From assembly GCA_016931955.1 (NCBI GenBank), contig JAFGDV010000022.1, positions 32,001 to 96,000 of the forward strand: a stretch of DNA of 64,000 nucleotides. Direction: 5' to 3'. Source of the stretch: Candidatus Altiarchaeota archaeon. GTDB lineage: Archaea > Altiarchaeota > Altiarchaeia > IMC4 > QMZM01. Each line of letters begins with the position of its first letter. Positions within the stretch are counted from its first letter, which is position 1. The position numbers were made by a program, and so were the translations under genes. The notes below the pieces were generated by a model. That model was given only the letters and a program-made list of their open reading frames with translations. It was not told the origin of the DNA and searched no databases. Shown here in pieces: positions 9,682 through 19,244 of the stretch.

Positions 9682-11421
9682 TTATTCCCTAGTGAACCTC
9701 AGCCTCTTCAGCTTCCTTATCTCCTTCAGAACGGATAATTCATCTTCTGTCATGTTTTCCTCCTTTAAGTCCTTCAGCTCATCAGATGAGAGGAAGGAGT
9801 AGATGATGTCCCCCTCATTGATGTGTCTGCCTATCATCACCCCCTCGATCGCTATCGCCACCCTTTCTCCCGTCTTCGCGGTCTTTATGGTCTCTTTCTC
9901 TTTCTGCATCTGCTTTATTCTGCCGCAGACCTTCAGGTCCTCCCTCATCAGGTGTGTCCCAGTTGAAAGGGTTCCGCCAAGGACTTCCACGCCCACTATG
10001 GCTGGCTTGCTCTGCCTGAAGACATGCTTGGGTAGGATTCGTATCTTGGCCGGCGTCGTGATCTTTCCCTCCATCTCCGTTCTCTCTCTTTCTTTCTCCT
10101 CCTTCACCCACTTCCCATAGTCTTCAACTAGCTTATAGATGATCTTTTCCTGGAACACCTTCACGTTCCTTGATTCCGCTAACGCCTTAGCTTCCTTCAG
10201 TATGTCTGAGTTGAATGCTAGTATGACTCCAAGGAACCTGTCCTCTGAGCTGACGGCTGACGCCTCTATTATATCAGCATTGGAGACCTTGCCTATGGTG
10301 GCCTTCTTTATTGGTATGTTTTTTTCATTCAACGTCTTGACTAGGGCTTCTAGAGAACCTATTGTGTCAGCCCTCAGGGTGACGCCCTTCTGTTCCCTGT
10401 TTATTTCGACGTCCTCTATCTCAGCCTTCACTTTTTCTATCAACTCCTCTCCGCCGACGTAGACTGAGGAGCCTGCTAACGCATCCTCTAAGCCGGGTGC
10501 GGCTATCTTGACCCCCGCTGCTGCGCACACCTCCTGCACGTTCATGAACTTGTCTCTTGGATCTCGCATCTCGTCGAGCGGCTTCGGTCTTAGGAGGGCT
10601 TTGACCTTCGTTACTATGGGCTGCTTGCTACCCACCACTACCGTGTCCCCTTTCCTGATGATGCCATCGTAGATGATCACGTCTATTGTAGTACCTAAGC
10701 CGCGTTCTTCTTTGACTTCCAGGATGGTGCCCTTCGCGGGCGTGTTTTCTTCTATGGTCAGGTTTTCAGTTAAATATTGTTGCACTAACCCCATCAACAC
10801 CATCAGCAGCTCAGGTATTCCATAGCCTTTTTTCGCGGAAATCGGCACTATAGCTATGTTCTTCGTGAAATCGCTGATGTTCGTGTACAGGTCTGAGTCG
10901 AATCCGTGTTCAGCCAGCTGCCGCACTAAGCGGTACAGTTTCTCGTAGAATTGTTTCTTCACGTGTTCTTGTTGTTGCTCTAAGCCCATCTTAGGGTTCC
11001 AGCCGTGGATGAGGTCTGCTTTGTTGGCCGCGACCACGAAGGGTACCTTGTTCTGCCTTATTATCTGTATCGCCTCCTTTGTCTGAGGCATAAGTCCCTC
11101 GTTTATGTCCACCATGAGTATTGCGAGGTCTGATACACTGCCCCCTCTCTTTCTGAGGTTCGTGAACGCCTCATGTCCAGGTGTGTCGATGAACAGCAGA
11201 CCTCTTAGAGGAATCTTCAGCTTCAATGCCTTGAGCAGGGGCCCGCACACCTTCTGTACGGCTTCAATCGGCACATCCGTCGCCCCGATGTGCTGCGTTA
11301 TCCCCCCAGCCTCCCTGGAAGCAACAACCGTGCCCCTGACCCAGTCCAAGAACGTCGTCTTCCCGTGGTCGATGTGCCCCAATACAGAGATAATAGGCTC
11401 CCTGACATAAGTAGAAGACAT
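9682..11421 (-). CDS. infB: Translation initiation factor aIF5B (IF-2)
   Basis: LGHIDHGKTT, EAGGITQHIGA, DTPGHEAF, NKAD, DTIGSLEAL. Confidence 0.98.
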   Translation of the reverse strand: MSSTYVREPIISVLGHIDHGKTTFLDWVRGTVVASREAGGITQHIGATDVPIEAVQKVCGPLLKALKLKIPLRGLLFIDTPGHEAFTNLRKRGGSVSDLAILMVDINEGLMPQTKEAIQIIRQNKVPFVVAANKADLIHGWNPKMGLEQQQEHVKKQFYEKLYRLVRQLAEHGFDSDLYTNISDFTKNIAIVPISAKKGYGIPELLMVLMGLVQQYLTENLTIEENTPAKGTILEVKEERGLGTTIDVIIYDGIIRKGDTVVVGSKQPIVTKVKALLRPKPLDEMRDPRDKFMNVQEVCAAAGVKIAAPGLEDALAGSSVYVGGEELIEKVKAEIEDVEINREQKGVTLRADTIGSLEALVKTLNEKNIPIKKATIGKVSNADIIEASAVSSEDRFLGVILAFNSDILKEAKALAESRNVKVFQEKIIYKLVEDYGKWVKEEKERERTEMEGKITTPAKIRILPKHVFRQSKPAIVGVEVLGGTLSTGTHLMREDLKVCGRIKQMQKEKETIKTAKTGERVAIAIEGVMIGRHINEGDIIYSFLSSDELKDLKEENMTEDELSVLKEIRKLKRLRFTRE

Positions 11422-11501
11422 AAAACCATATTAGAATTCCAGACTTAAGTAACGCTTTTATAGTAGAAAAAAAAAATCAATAACATCATCTAGGTGATTT
11501 C

Positions 11502-14500
11502 ATGACTGAATTAATCAAAAGAATTATGTATATGTCTATGATTTGTTTATTGTTGATTTTTCTGGCGAACACTGCCATTTCTACATACCAGATTGTGGTT
11601 ATAAGTCAAGGCGACTATGTTAAGGATCTGAACGCTGCACTGACTGCGGATTTCTATAACAAGGATACGGGTCTCAGATTCGACGGCGTTAGGACCTATA
11701 AAAAGGGAAATCTCACAACATACACCTGGTTTGATGATAACCTTACCCTTACTGAGGCGGACATCTTGATGAATGAAACATACAATAATGTGCAATGCCG
11801 GCTCTGTTCACCCAATCCACCGAAGGCCAACCCATCTCATGACATGAGCGAGGAGATAACGATAAACTCGAGCAAGATACGCTATTACGAAGAGGGCCTT
11901 GGCTCAGATGATTCCGAAACACTGAGGATGGCTATCGATGCCAATGCAATCAAATACACGATAAATACTGGCTACATACCATTAGATGATATGCCTCTAG
12001 GAGGTGATTACATAGACATGGAGTACCGGGGTAAGATGATGTTCTTTGGCAAGGAATATTACGTGAAGGATGTGACTTTAGACAAGATATATCTCTCAAA
12101 GGGCATGGTACTTGACGATGTCAGCAGTGAGGGTTACTTCATAGAATACCATGATTATAAGTTCAGGGTAAACAGCCTGGTATATGATGAGAATTGCACG
12201 AATGAGATACTAAGCATGGTTGTAGACGTCAAGAAACCAGATGAAACTGTTGTCGAGGTTCAATGCCCTGTCAACAAAAGCGGGTCAGTGGGTGTTGTGG
12301 ACGACTTTGAGATAATTGCTATTTCGGGGAACATAATAAATGACTCCTTGAGTGTGGGTGCGATAAATGTAACCAACACCTCCAGCGGAAGCAGTGTCTT
12401 ACTGGACATAAACAGCACAGGATATGTAACACAATGGGGTTACAGCTTTAAGGTTAATCGTATTATAACGGATTGTATGTTGGCTAAGGGCATAAACCTG
12501 TACGTAGAAAAACCGGATGGATCAATCGTGGAGACACAGGTATCCAAGATGGCTAACGGCTTAGTGGATGACATGGAGATAGGCGGCATCTATGGTGAGC
12601 TTGTGGACGATGTCGAGTTAGCGAGTATAATAGTGTACGACACGACAACAGAGGTAGTTCTGGAAGACAGCGAGGATATAGAAGTCGACGGTATCGAGTA
12701 CGAAGGTTGGAAGGTTAAATGGAGGGATTACGCAAAGAACTGCAGCGAGCTTGCCTGTGGTATTGCTGACTATGCGAACTCTTCCGCTGACGTTCTTGAG
12801 AAGATAGAGGTTACTTTTACTGATGACGTAACTGGAGTTGATGCATTAAAGGTTGATGAGTCGCTGTCCTTCCCCGGCAGATTCAGGCTGAAGTTTATGG
12901 GCTTCTTAGATGATGAACTCATGGGTTCTGACTGCTCTGGAGGATGTCCCATAACCTTAGAGAAGGATACCCAGGATTACAGGCTTCGTCTGAACTTTAC
13001 AGCAGATAACGGTATGCGTTATGGAAACATCAGGCTTGATGAGGGGCCCTTCTATAGAGCCGAGGTCTTTATATTAGATGGCGAACTAACCAGGTATAGG
13101 AGATACACAAAAACTAAGGGACCGAGTGACAAAGACGATAATGTCACAGTGCTTCTCACAACCCCTATAGATAGGGATATGAGTAGTCGAACCATCACAT
13201 TGAACAGGCTCTGCGATCCAGACGGTGTTGGAGGCAGTTCCTTCGATGACTGCACTGTTGGGGGTAAACCGACCTGCGACTGCTCTGGTATTCCAGACCT
13301 AAAGTTGAGATTGCTTGCACTGACTGATGCCATGGATGATACTACTCCATCAGAGTACGAGAACGATTATCAGGTTACATTAGACCTGGATGATCTCTTC
13401 TGGGCTCAGGACTCTGCAACAGACCAAGACCTTGTGATCTGGTTCGATGCCAGCAGCAGTCTCATATTCTATTCCACGGACAAGAATGATACATGGATTA
13501 CAGTAGAGCCGAAGATGGTCTCTCCAGGTGCTTCTTCGACGAACGACACCTACAAGATAGACTACTTCGATCTGGAGAACAGGACGATGTGGGTGATGAG
13601 GGAATGCGACCTTGCCAATGACGTGAATGCCACAAGCCTGAATCTGACATGTGACCTTAACAACGACACAAAAGACAGTCCTGCTACTACAGGAAACGAT
13701 GATGATCTATTAGTTATATTTGAAAGCGGTAGCGGGAATGAGTACATGGTTTTAGACCTCACAGATAGGGGTTATAATGAGGGACATGATTACAGACATG
13801 ATAACCGCATCGGTTTGTACTCTAACTGGTCGAACACTAACAGGACAGAGAATGCTAACAACCTCATCGGAGTATATGACGAAGACATATTCACAGTGAT
13901 GGTAACGCCCAGCAATGGTGACAGGTACACCATAGACTGGGGCGTAGATAACGAAATTGAGGAAATGGGCATCTGCTATCTTCCAAGAGACACCATAGTA
14001 GGGCGGGGTCTGGACGTCCACCAGCTCACCATCGACTTTACAGGAGAAGAAGGTAACAGATATGAGGATATTAGGCTGGACGAGGGACTCTTTTCCAAGG
14101 GGGATTGGTTTATTCTAGACGGTAAGGTCATCGGATTCGATGGTTACGATTCAGAGTTGGGAATTTTTGACAAGGATGACAATTTCACAATAACCCTTGA
14201 GCTGCAGAACACAAGCAAGCGAACCGTCAAATTGAACAGGCTCTGTGATCCACTAAGTTCTGACAACAACAGCTTCGAGAATTGCTCTATTGGAGGCACT
14301 CCAACCTGTGGCTGTTTATTGATGGACGACCTAAAGTTGAGATTAATCGCCCTTTACGATGCCATGGAAGACTCCCTACCCCCAGCACCGTACGAGAACG
14401 ATTATCCAATTACATTAGAGCCTGAGGATCTCTTCTGGGCGCAGGACTCAAATACTGCTGAAAACCTTGTACTGTGGTTCGACGAATCGGGCAATATCAT

Positions 14501-16001
14501 ATTCTATTCAACCGATGAAAACGATACCAGGATTACAATAGAACCTAAGATGGTGAATCCAGGGGCTTCTTCGACGAACGACACCCACAAGATAGGTTCT
14601 TCCGGTACAAGAATCTGGGTCACACGAGAATGCGACTTCATGAACGACGTGAACGCCACCAGCGAAAACGCATCATGCGACTGGAACAACGATGGAGCAG
14701 TAGGAACTACTGCAAGAAACGACGACGACTTATTGGTCATATTCGAGAGCGAGAAAGGGGAGTACGTCGTAGCAGACTACTCAGACAGAGGATACAATGA
14801 AGGAGCAAGCTACAAATTCAAGAACAGTCTAGGGTTGTATAGCAACTTCACTGATAATGCAAGCCAGAACAGTGCCAACGAAATCGTGGTACTCGATGAA
14901 GACACTGACAACCTGCTGATAACTCCCTTAGGAGGTGGGGAATACACAATAGACTGGGGCGTAGATAATAAAATTGATGAAGTAAGTTTGTGCCACCCCG
15001 AGCATACAGTAAATGCAGCATATTTTATAGGTTTGAAGTCTGTTACAACTGTGCGGGAGACTGCTGGCGAGAAAGTCAGTACAACAGCAAACCAGACCAA
15101 TATCGTAAACATGAGTGATATAGATGTCATTCTGGAGTTAGTTACAAGTGAAGACGCAACCGCAAATGTAAACGCCACCATATACGTGAACTCGACGGAT
15201 TACTTTAATGACACATACTTTGGACATGTGTTGGAGCCGAATCTGCCTGCATCCGCCCTTGGCAGATATGCTGAGATAATAGCTGATAGTTCAGTAGTAA
15301 ACAATCTTAAATATATCCTGATAAAGGTCTACTACTCAGACAGCGAAGTCACTGCAGCCGGTCTCGTGGAATCTCAGCTGAGATTGTACAGATACGATGA
15401 AAACACAGATACTTGGGTTCTGCTCACACCAGACCTTAGCTGGGTCTTCGGCTCGGGAGTGGATACGACGAACAACTTCGTTTGGGCGAACACCTCCAGG
15501 TTCAGCACCTACGGCATCTGGGAGGGGACGACGACCACGACAACCACACCACCTGCACCGACTACGACAAGATACTATGGTGGAGGAGGTGGCGGTTCTG
15601 GCGGGGGCGCAGCCAGCGGTGCGAAAGTGCTGCCCTCCTGCTTTGATGGGATCCTGAACTGCCACGACGGAGACTGTGAAACCGGAATAGACTGCGGCGG
15701 ACCCTGCAAGCCCTGCCCCAGCTGCAGTGACGGAATACAGAATCAAGGCGAGGAAGGGGTGGATTGCGGCGGACCATGCGAGCCCTGTAAGACAACAACG
15801 ACGAAAGCCACAACGACAACATTGAAGACAGAGAAAACAACGAGCACGTCAACTATGATAGGGGCTACAACAACCACCGTAATCCAGACGACGACAACAA
15901 AACCTTCTATGGGAGAAGATACTATGACATTGCCTGTAATCGCCATAGCCGGCGTATTCGTAGTGATAGCACTGGCAGTGTTTTTGTTGAAGAAGAAGTA
16001 G
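11502..16001 (+). CDS. Large S-layer-like glycoprotein with internal duplication, PGF-pre-PGF-like domain, Cys-rich stalk and C-terminal TM
   Basis: Signal peptide; acidic; many NxS/T sites; FFGKEYYV; LRLYRYDE...W...FSTYGI; CFDGILNC...DCGGPC; Thr tract; TM ending KKK. Confidence 0.75.
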   Translation: MTELIKRIMYMSMICLLLIFLANTAISTYQIVVISQGDYVKDLNAALTADFYNKDTGLRFDGVRTYKKGNLTTYTWFDDNLTLTEADILMNETYNNVQCRLCSPNPPKANPSHDMSEEITINSSKIRYYEEGLGSDDSETLRMAIDANAIKYTINTGYIPLDDMPLGGDYIDMEYRGKMMFFGKEYYVKDVTLDKIYLSKGMVLDDVSSEGYFIEYHDYKFRVNSLVYDENCTNEILSMVVDVKKPDETVVEVQCPVNKSGSVGVVDDFEIIAISGNIINDSLSVGAINVTNTSSGSSVLLDINSTGYVTQWGYSFKVNRIITDCMLAKGINLYVEKPDGSIVETQVSKMANGLVDDMEIGGIYGELVDDVELASIIVYDTTTEVVLEDSEDIEVDGIEYEGWKVKWRDYAKNCSELACGIADYANSSADVLEKIEVTFTDDVTGVDALKVDESLSFPGRFRLKFMGFLDDELMGSDCSGGCPITLEKDTQDYRLRLNFTADNGMRYGNIRLDEGPFYRAEVFILDGELTRYRRYTKTKGPSDKDDNVTVLLTTPIDRDMSSRTITLNRLCDPDGVGGSSFDDCTVGGKPTCDCSGIPDLKLRLLALTDAMDDTTPSEYENDYQVTLDLDDLFWAQDSATDQDLVIWFDASSSLIFYSTDKNDTWITVEPKMVSPGASSTNDTYKIDYFDLENRTMWVMRECDLANDVNATSLNLTCDLNNDTKDSPATTGNDDDLLVIFESGSGNEYMVLDLTDRGYNEGHDYRHDNRIGLYSNWSNTNRTENANNLIGVYDEDIFTVMVTPSNGDRYTIDWGVDNEIEEMGICYLPRDTIVGRGLDVHQLTIDFTGEEGNRYEDIRLDEGLFSKGDWFILDGKVIGFDGYDSELGIFDKDDNFTITLELQNTSKRTVKLNRLCDPLSSDNNSFENCSIGGTPTCGCLLMDDLKLRLIALYDAMEDSLPPAPYENDYPITLEPEDLFWAQDSNTAENLVLWFDESGNIIFYSTDENDTRITIEPKMVNPGASSTNDTHKIGSSGTRIWVTRECDFMNDVNATSENASCDWNNDGAVGTTARNDDDLLVIFESEKGEYVVADYSDRGYNEGASYKFKNSLGLYSNFTDNASQNSANEIVVLDEDTDNLLITPLGGGEYTIDWGVDNKIDEVSLCHPEHTVNAAYFIGLKSVTTVRETAGEKVSTTANQTNIVNMSDIDVILELVTSEDATANVNATIYVNSTDYFNDTYFGHVLEPNLPASALGRYAEIIADSSVVNNLKYILIKVYYSDSEVTAAGLVESQLRLYRYDENTDTWVLLTPDLSWVFGSGVDTTNNFVWANTSRFSTYGIWEGTTTTTTTPPAPTTTRYYGGGGGGSGGGAASGAKVLPSCFDGILNCHDGDCETGIDCGGPCKPCPSCSDGIQNQGEEGVDCGGPCEPCKTTTTKATTTTLKTEKTTSTSTMIGATTTTVIQTTTTKPSMGEDTMTLPVIAIAGVFVVIALAVFLLKKK
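12978..14998 (+). repeat. Two tandem ~1.0-kb (~335-aa) units inside the S-layer-like gene
   Basis: Both units contain IRLDEG, FILDG, LNRLCDP, DLKLRL, DLFWAQDS, EPKMV.PGASSTNDT, NDDDLLVIFES and YTIDWGVDN. Confidence 0.9.
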
Positions 16002-16002
16002 T

Positions 16003-16743
16003 TCAGAGATCATATTCTTTGACTGCTTCTATTATTTCTTTTACCTTTGTTTGGTTTTCTTCTGCTATGGTGCCAGTTACTATTACGTCTGCGCCGTGTT
16101 CTACTTTGTCTAGTGCGGTTTTTCCGTCTCTTATGCCGCCTCCGACTATTAACGGGATGCTCAAGTTCGAGTGCACCGCCATGATCATTTCGTTAGGCAC
16201 CGGTTTCTCTGCGCCGGAGCCGGCTTCCAGGTAGACGCACTGCATCCCATAGTATTCCGCCGTCAACGCATACTTTAAGAGCTTCTGTATATCCCCCTCC
16301 TGGATGATGTCCAAGTCCGCGATACTTTCAACTGTCGTGGGCTTCTTGCTGGTGCTTACCACGATATAGCCCATGCTGATAGGGTGTATGCCATATTCTT
16401 TCACAGCCAATGCGCCCGCGAGTTGCTCCTCCACCAAAAACCTCCTCTTCTTCGAGTTGAGGAGACACATGAAGAATATGTAGTCCGCAGACTCCGTCAC
16501 AGCGTTCGAGGAATTCGGGAATAATATGATTGGCAGATTCACTGCATCCTTTATGGCTACTACTGTTTCCTCGACATTCTTTCGGCTTACCGTGGAGCCG
16601 CCGACCATTATGGCATCGGTTCCATAGGAGCTGCATGTTGCAGCCATCTTGGCTGCTTTCTCCGGCGCCTGCTTGTCTGGATCAATCAATGTGAAATGTA
16701 GTTTCTTTTTCTTCTCGCCAAGCCATTCCCTTAATACATTCAT
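16003..16743 (-). CDS. Geranylgeranylglyceryl phosphate synthase (group II)
   Basis: HFTLIDPDK, IMVGGS, YLEAGSGA, VGGGIR, VTGT. Confidence 0.95.
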   Translation of the reverse strand: MNVLREWLGEKKKKLHFTLIDPDKQAPEKAAKMAATCSSYGTDAIMVGGSTVSRKNVEETVVAIKDAVNLPIILFPNSSNAVTESADYIFFMCLLNSKKRRFLVEEQLAGALAVKEYGIHPISMGYIVVSTSKKPTTVESIADLDIIQEGDIQKLLKYALTAEYYGMQCVYLEAGSGAEKPVPNEMIMAVHSNLSIPLIVGGGIRDGKTALDKVEHGADVIVTGTIAEENQTKVKEIIEAVKEYDL

Positions 16744-17750
16744 CCTAGGACCTCGGTTGCTTGGGCGACTTCGATGGCTTCTTTCTCTGATAAGCCGCCC
16801 CTTAGGATGGTGTATCTGTCCCTTATCTTGTGCGCCATCGTCAATGCCTCAATGATGTGTTCCTCTCCTATGTTCAATCCCTGGGAATTTGTTGGGGCTT
16901 TGACCTTCTTCAGTGAATCTCGGAGCTTCTCCCAGTCCTTGCCGTGGAGGTAGGTCATCATTATGGCGCCTACTCCACATTGTTCCCCATGCAATGCCGG
17001 CTTAGGGCATATCATATCCAATGCGTGGCTGAATTGGTGTTCTGAGCCTGAACAGGGCCTGCTGGATCCGGCGATGCCCATCGCAACACCCGAGCTTATT
17101 AAAGCCTCCACCAGTATGTTGACTTCGTCCATGATGTTTTCTGCATTATACATGACTATCTGGGCGCTCATCATCGACAACGTTGCAGCGTAGTCTCCAT
17201 AGTATTCGTCTTTTTCTTCATGCGCCAGCTTCCAGTCCAGCACTGCAGAGTAATTCGATATGGCATCCGCACAGCCTGACGCCGTCAGTCTGGGAGGCGC
17301 CTTACGCATTATCTCCGTATCCGCTATTATGCCCAAGGCAGAGTGGACTTTCATGGACACCGGCTGCTTGCCTTTAAGTGAAGCCTGCGGAGACGTTATC
17401 CCGTCATGGGATGCCGCAGTTGGTATGCTGATGAAGGGTTTACCAGAGTGAAAGGCTGAGACCTTTGTAATGTCTATCACTGTCCCACCGCCCACCCCAG
17501 CAACGTAGTTGATTTCTTCCTTCTTAATCAAGTCGATGATCTTCTGGATCTCCTCATCCATCAAGCCCTCGATAACATGGCTTACTGAACCAAGCTCCTC
17601 CCCAACCCTCTTCCCCGCAATCTGTGCAGTGTTCTTGTCTGCGATCACCAGAGAGTTCCCGTATAGGTTTAACTCAGATACGAGTTCGCAGACCTTCTCT
17701 AACGCACCATCTCCCACAAGCACCTTCCTCGGGAGTTCAATGTCTTTCAT
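16740..17750 (-). CDS. egsA: sn-glycerol-1-phosphate dehydrogenase
   Basis: GVGGGTVID, PTAASHDG, SRPCSGSEHQFSHALD, LHGEQCG. Confidence 0.97.
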   Translation of the reverse strand: MKDIELPRKVLVGDGALEKVCELVSELNLYGNSLVIADKNTAQIAGKRVGEELGSVSHVIEGLMDEEIQKIIDLIKKEEINYVAGVGGGTVIDITKVSAFHSGKPFISIPTAASHDGITSPQASLKGKQPVSMKVHSALGIIADTEIMRKAPPRLTASGCADAISNYSAVLDWKLAHEEKDEYYGDYAATLSMMSAQIVMYNAENIMDEVNILVEALISSGVAMGIAGSSRPCSGSEHQFSHALDMICPKPALHGEQCGVGAIMMTYLHGKDWEKLRDSLKKVKAPTNSQGLNIGEEHIIEALTMAHKIRDRYTILRGGLSEKEAIEVAQATEVLG

Positions 17751-17783
17751 CTCTTAGATATTAAAGCAATCAGATAAAAAAAC

Positions 17784-18077
17784 CTAAAAAAGAATAAACT
17801 GCGCATGTTTTACGCCGGCCACCTTTAGGACATGCTCTTCTTCTATGAAGCCCAGCTCCTCGGCGTGACTAACTACTTTGTTTCCTGTGAGGTTGGCTAT
17901 GGTCGCCTGCAATAGATGATCCCTTAGGTTTTCCACGCATTCAAGACTGCCCTCATAGAACTTCTTGGAGACGTTAAGGCGCATGTCTCCTTCACTGAAA
18001 TCCTTGCCCAGGATTTCTCTGTCGCATGCCGCAATCAAGACATCGTCTTCTCGCCGGTATACTTTCACATACATCAT
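17784..18077 (-). CDS. DUF424 family protein
   Basis: LIAACDREILGK, FYEG, ATIANLTG, VKHAQ; start trimmed to the ATG just after the aIF2-beta stop. Confidence 0.88.
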   Translation of the reverse strand: MMYVKVYRREDDVLIAACDREILGKDFSEGDMRLNVSKKFYEGSLECVENLRDHLLQATIANLTGNKVVSHAEELGFIEEEHVLKVAGVKHAQFILF

Positions 18078-18079
18078 GT

Positions 18080-18496
18080 TCACTTGATTTTTCTCTGAGG
18101 CCACCATCCACCACATGCTTCGCATTTGATGATGCGTTCCCCTTCCAGCTCCGTGAACTTTGTATCCGGGCGCCCGCATTCGTGACAGATAACATACTCT
18201 CTAGCGTAATCCTCTATCCTCTTGTTGATCATCTCCCTTTTAAGAGCTCGATTGATTATTATCCTTTTACCCTCTACCACGATCAAAGCCGCAAGCTCCT
18301 TCGAAAGGTAGGTTTGTATGTGCCTTGGATCTCTCCCAAGGGTGTCTGCTATCTCATTGAAGTTTTTCAAGATGGTCTGATTCCCCTCCACAAAAGAATC
18401 CGCTTTAGGCAACTCAAACCTTGAATGATCCCTCAGCTTCTCCGGCAGATTCGCCCACGCCCTGTCCAGCAGTTTCCCGTAATCGTATTCCATCAT
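18080..18496 (-). CDS. eif2b: Translation initiation factor aIF2 beta subunit
   Basis: RFELP, GNQTILKNF, YVICHECGRPDT, CEACG. Confidence 0.96.
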   Translation of the reverse strand: MMEYDYGKLLDRAWANLPEKLRDHSRFELPKADSFVEGNQTILKNFNEIADTLGRDPRHIQTYLSKELAALIVVEGKRIIINRALKREMINKRIEDYAREYVICHECGRPDTKFTELEGERIIKCEACGGWWPQRKIK

Positions 18497-18499
18497 ACC

Positions 18500-18919
18500 C
18501 TACTCTTCGCGTTCTTTAAAGCTTACTGTCTCAGGGGTTATGAACTTGCGGTTAACGTCTCTTATCAGCGAATCACAGTCCTGTTTTATCTTTTCCAGTG
18601 TTGCTATGATCCGTCTCCTCTCCCCTTCAACGTCGTCGATCATCTCATAGGGCTCTATTGCGGTCTTGAAGTCATCCAACTCCACGACCGTGTACTCTGA
18701 TTGATTGATTTTCTGCGTTATTTTTCGGCAGATTTTTTCAAGCCAGAGATTCATTTCCCTCTTCACTCTACTCCTTATTAGCTTGTCTTTATCAAGTTCC
18801 TCCCTCATCAATCTGACGATTGGGGCCATCGCAAACGCGAACTCTTTCCCCTCAACTTCCTCCTCGGAGCCCTCGATTTCCTCAGATTCCTCTTCCTCGA
18901 TTTTTTCTTTGTCCACCAT
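18500..18919 (-). CDS. Histone-fold protein with acidic N-terminal tail and C-terminal coiled coil
   Basis: FAMAPIVRLMR (alpha1), LIRSRVK...LEKICRKIT (alpha2), TVVELDDFKTAI (alpha3), then amphipathic heptads. Confidence 0.75.
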   Translation of the reverse strand: MVDKEKIEEEESEEIEGSEEEVEGKEFAFAMAPIVRLMREELDKDKLIRSRVKREMNLWLEKICRKITQKINQSEYTVVELDDFKTAIEPYEMIDDVEGERRRIIATLEKIKQDCDSLIRDVNRKFITPETVSFKEREE

Positions 18920-19048
18920 TTTTCAACCCATCCAGAACATATTCTTAGAATAAAAAAGACTCTGCTTAAGTATTAAGATTTCAATCTAAAAAGCCGCACC
19001 ACAGGATTTTTTAACATCAAAAAAGAATAATAGTTAAGCCATACAAAC

Positions 19049-19123
19049 GCTGGGGTAGCCTAGCCCGGTCAGGCGGTCGGCTGCAGACCGACTTTAACGG
19101 GAGTTCAAATCTCTCCCCCAGCT
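19049..19123 (+). tRNA. tRNA-Cys(GCA), intronless, CCA not encoded
   Basis: Acceptor GCTGGGG/CCCCAGC plus U73; D stem GCCT/AGGC; anticodon arm GTCGG-CTGCAGA-CCGAC; T arm GGGAG-TTCAAAT-CTCTC. Confidence 0.97.
19109..19123 (+). repeat. attL core (3' end of tRNA-Cys)
   Basis: ATCTCTCCCCCAGCT. Confidence 0.9.
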
Positions 19124-19244
19124 CTAATAGTTTAGGGAAAAACGGCAGATTATTAAGGTTGAAATACCTAAAAACCTAAGTAAGCCACGTATCCCCACAA
19201 AGAGGAGGAGGAAAAGCCACGGAAAACTCCCTTTAGGGGATAAA

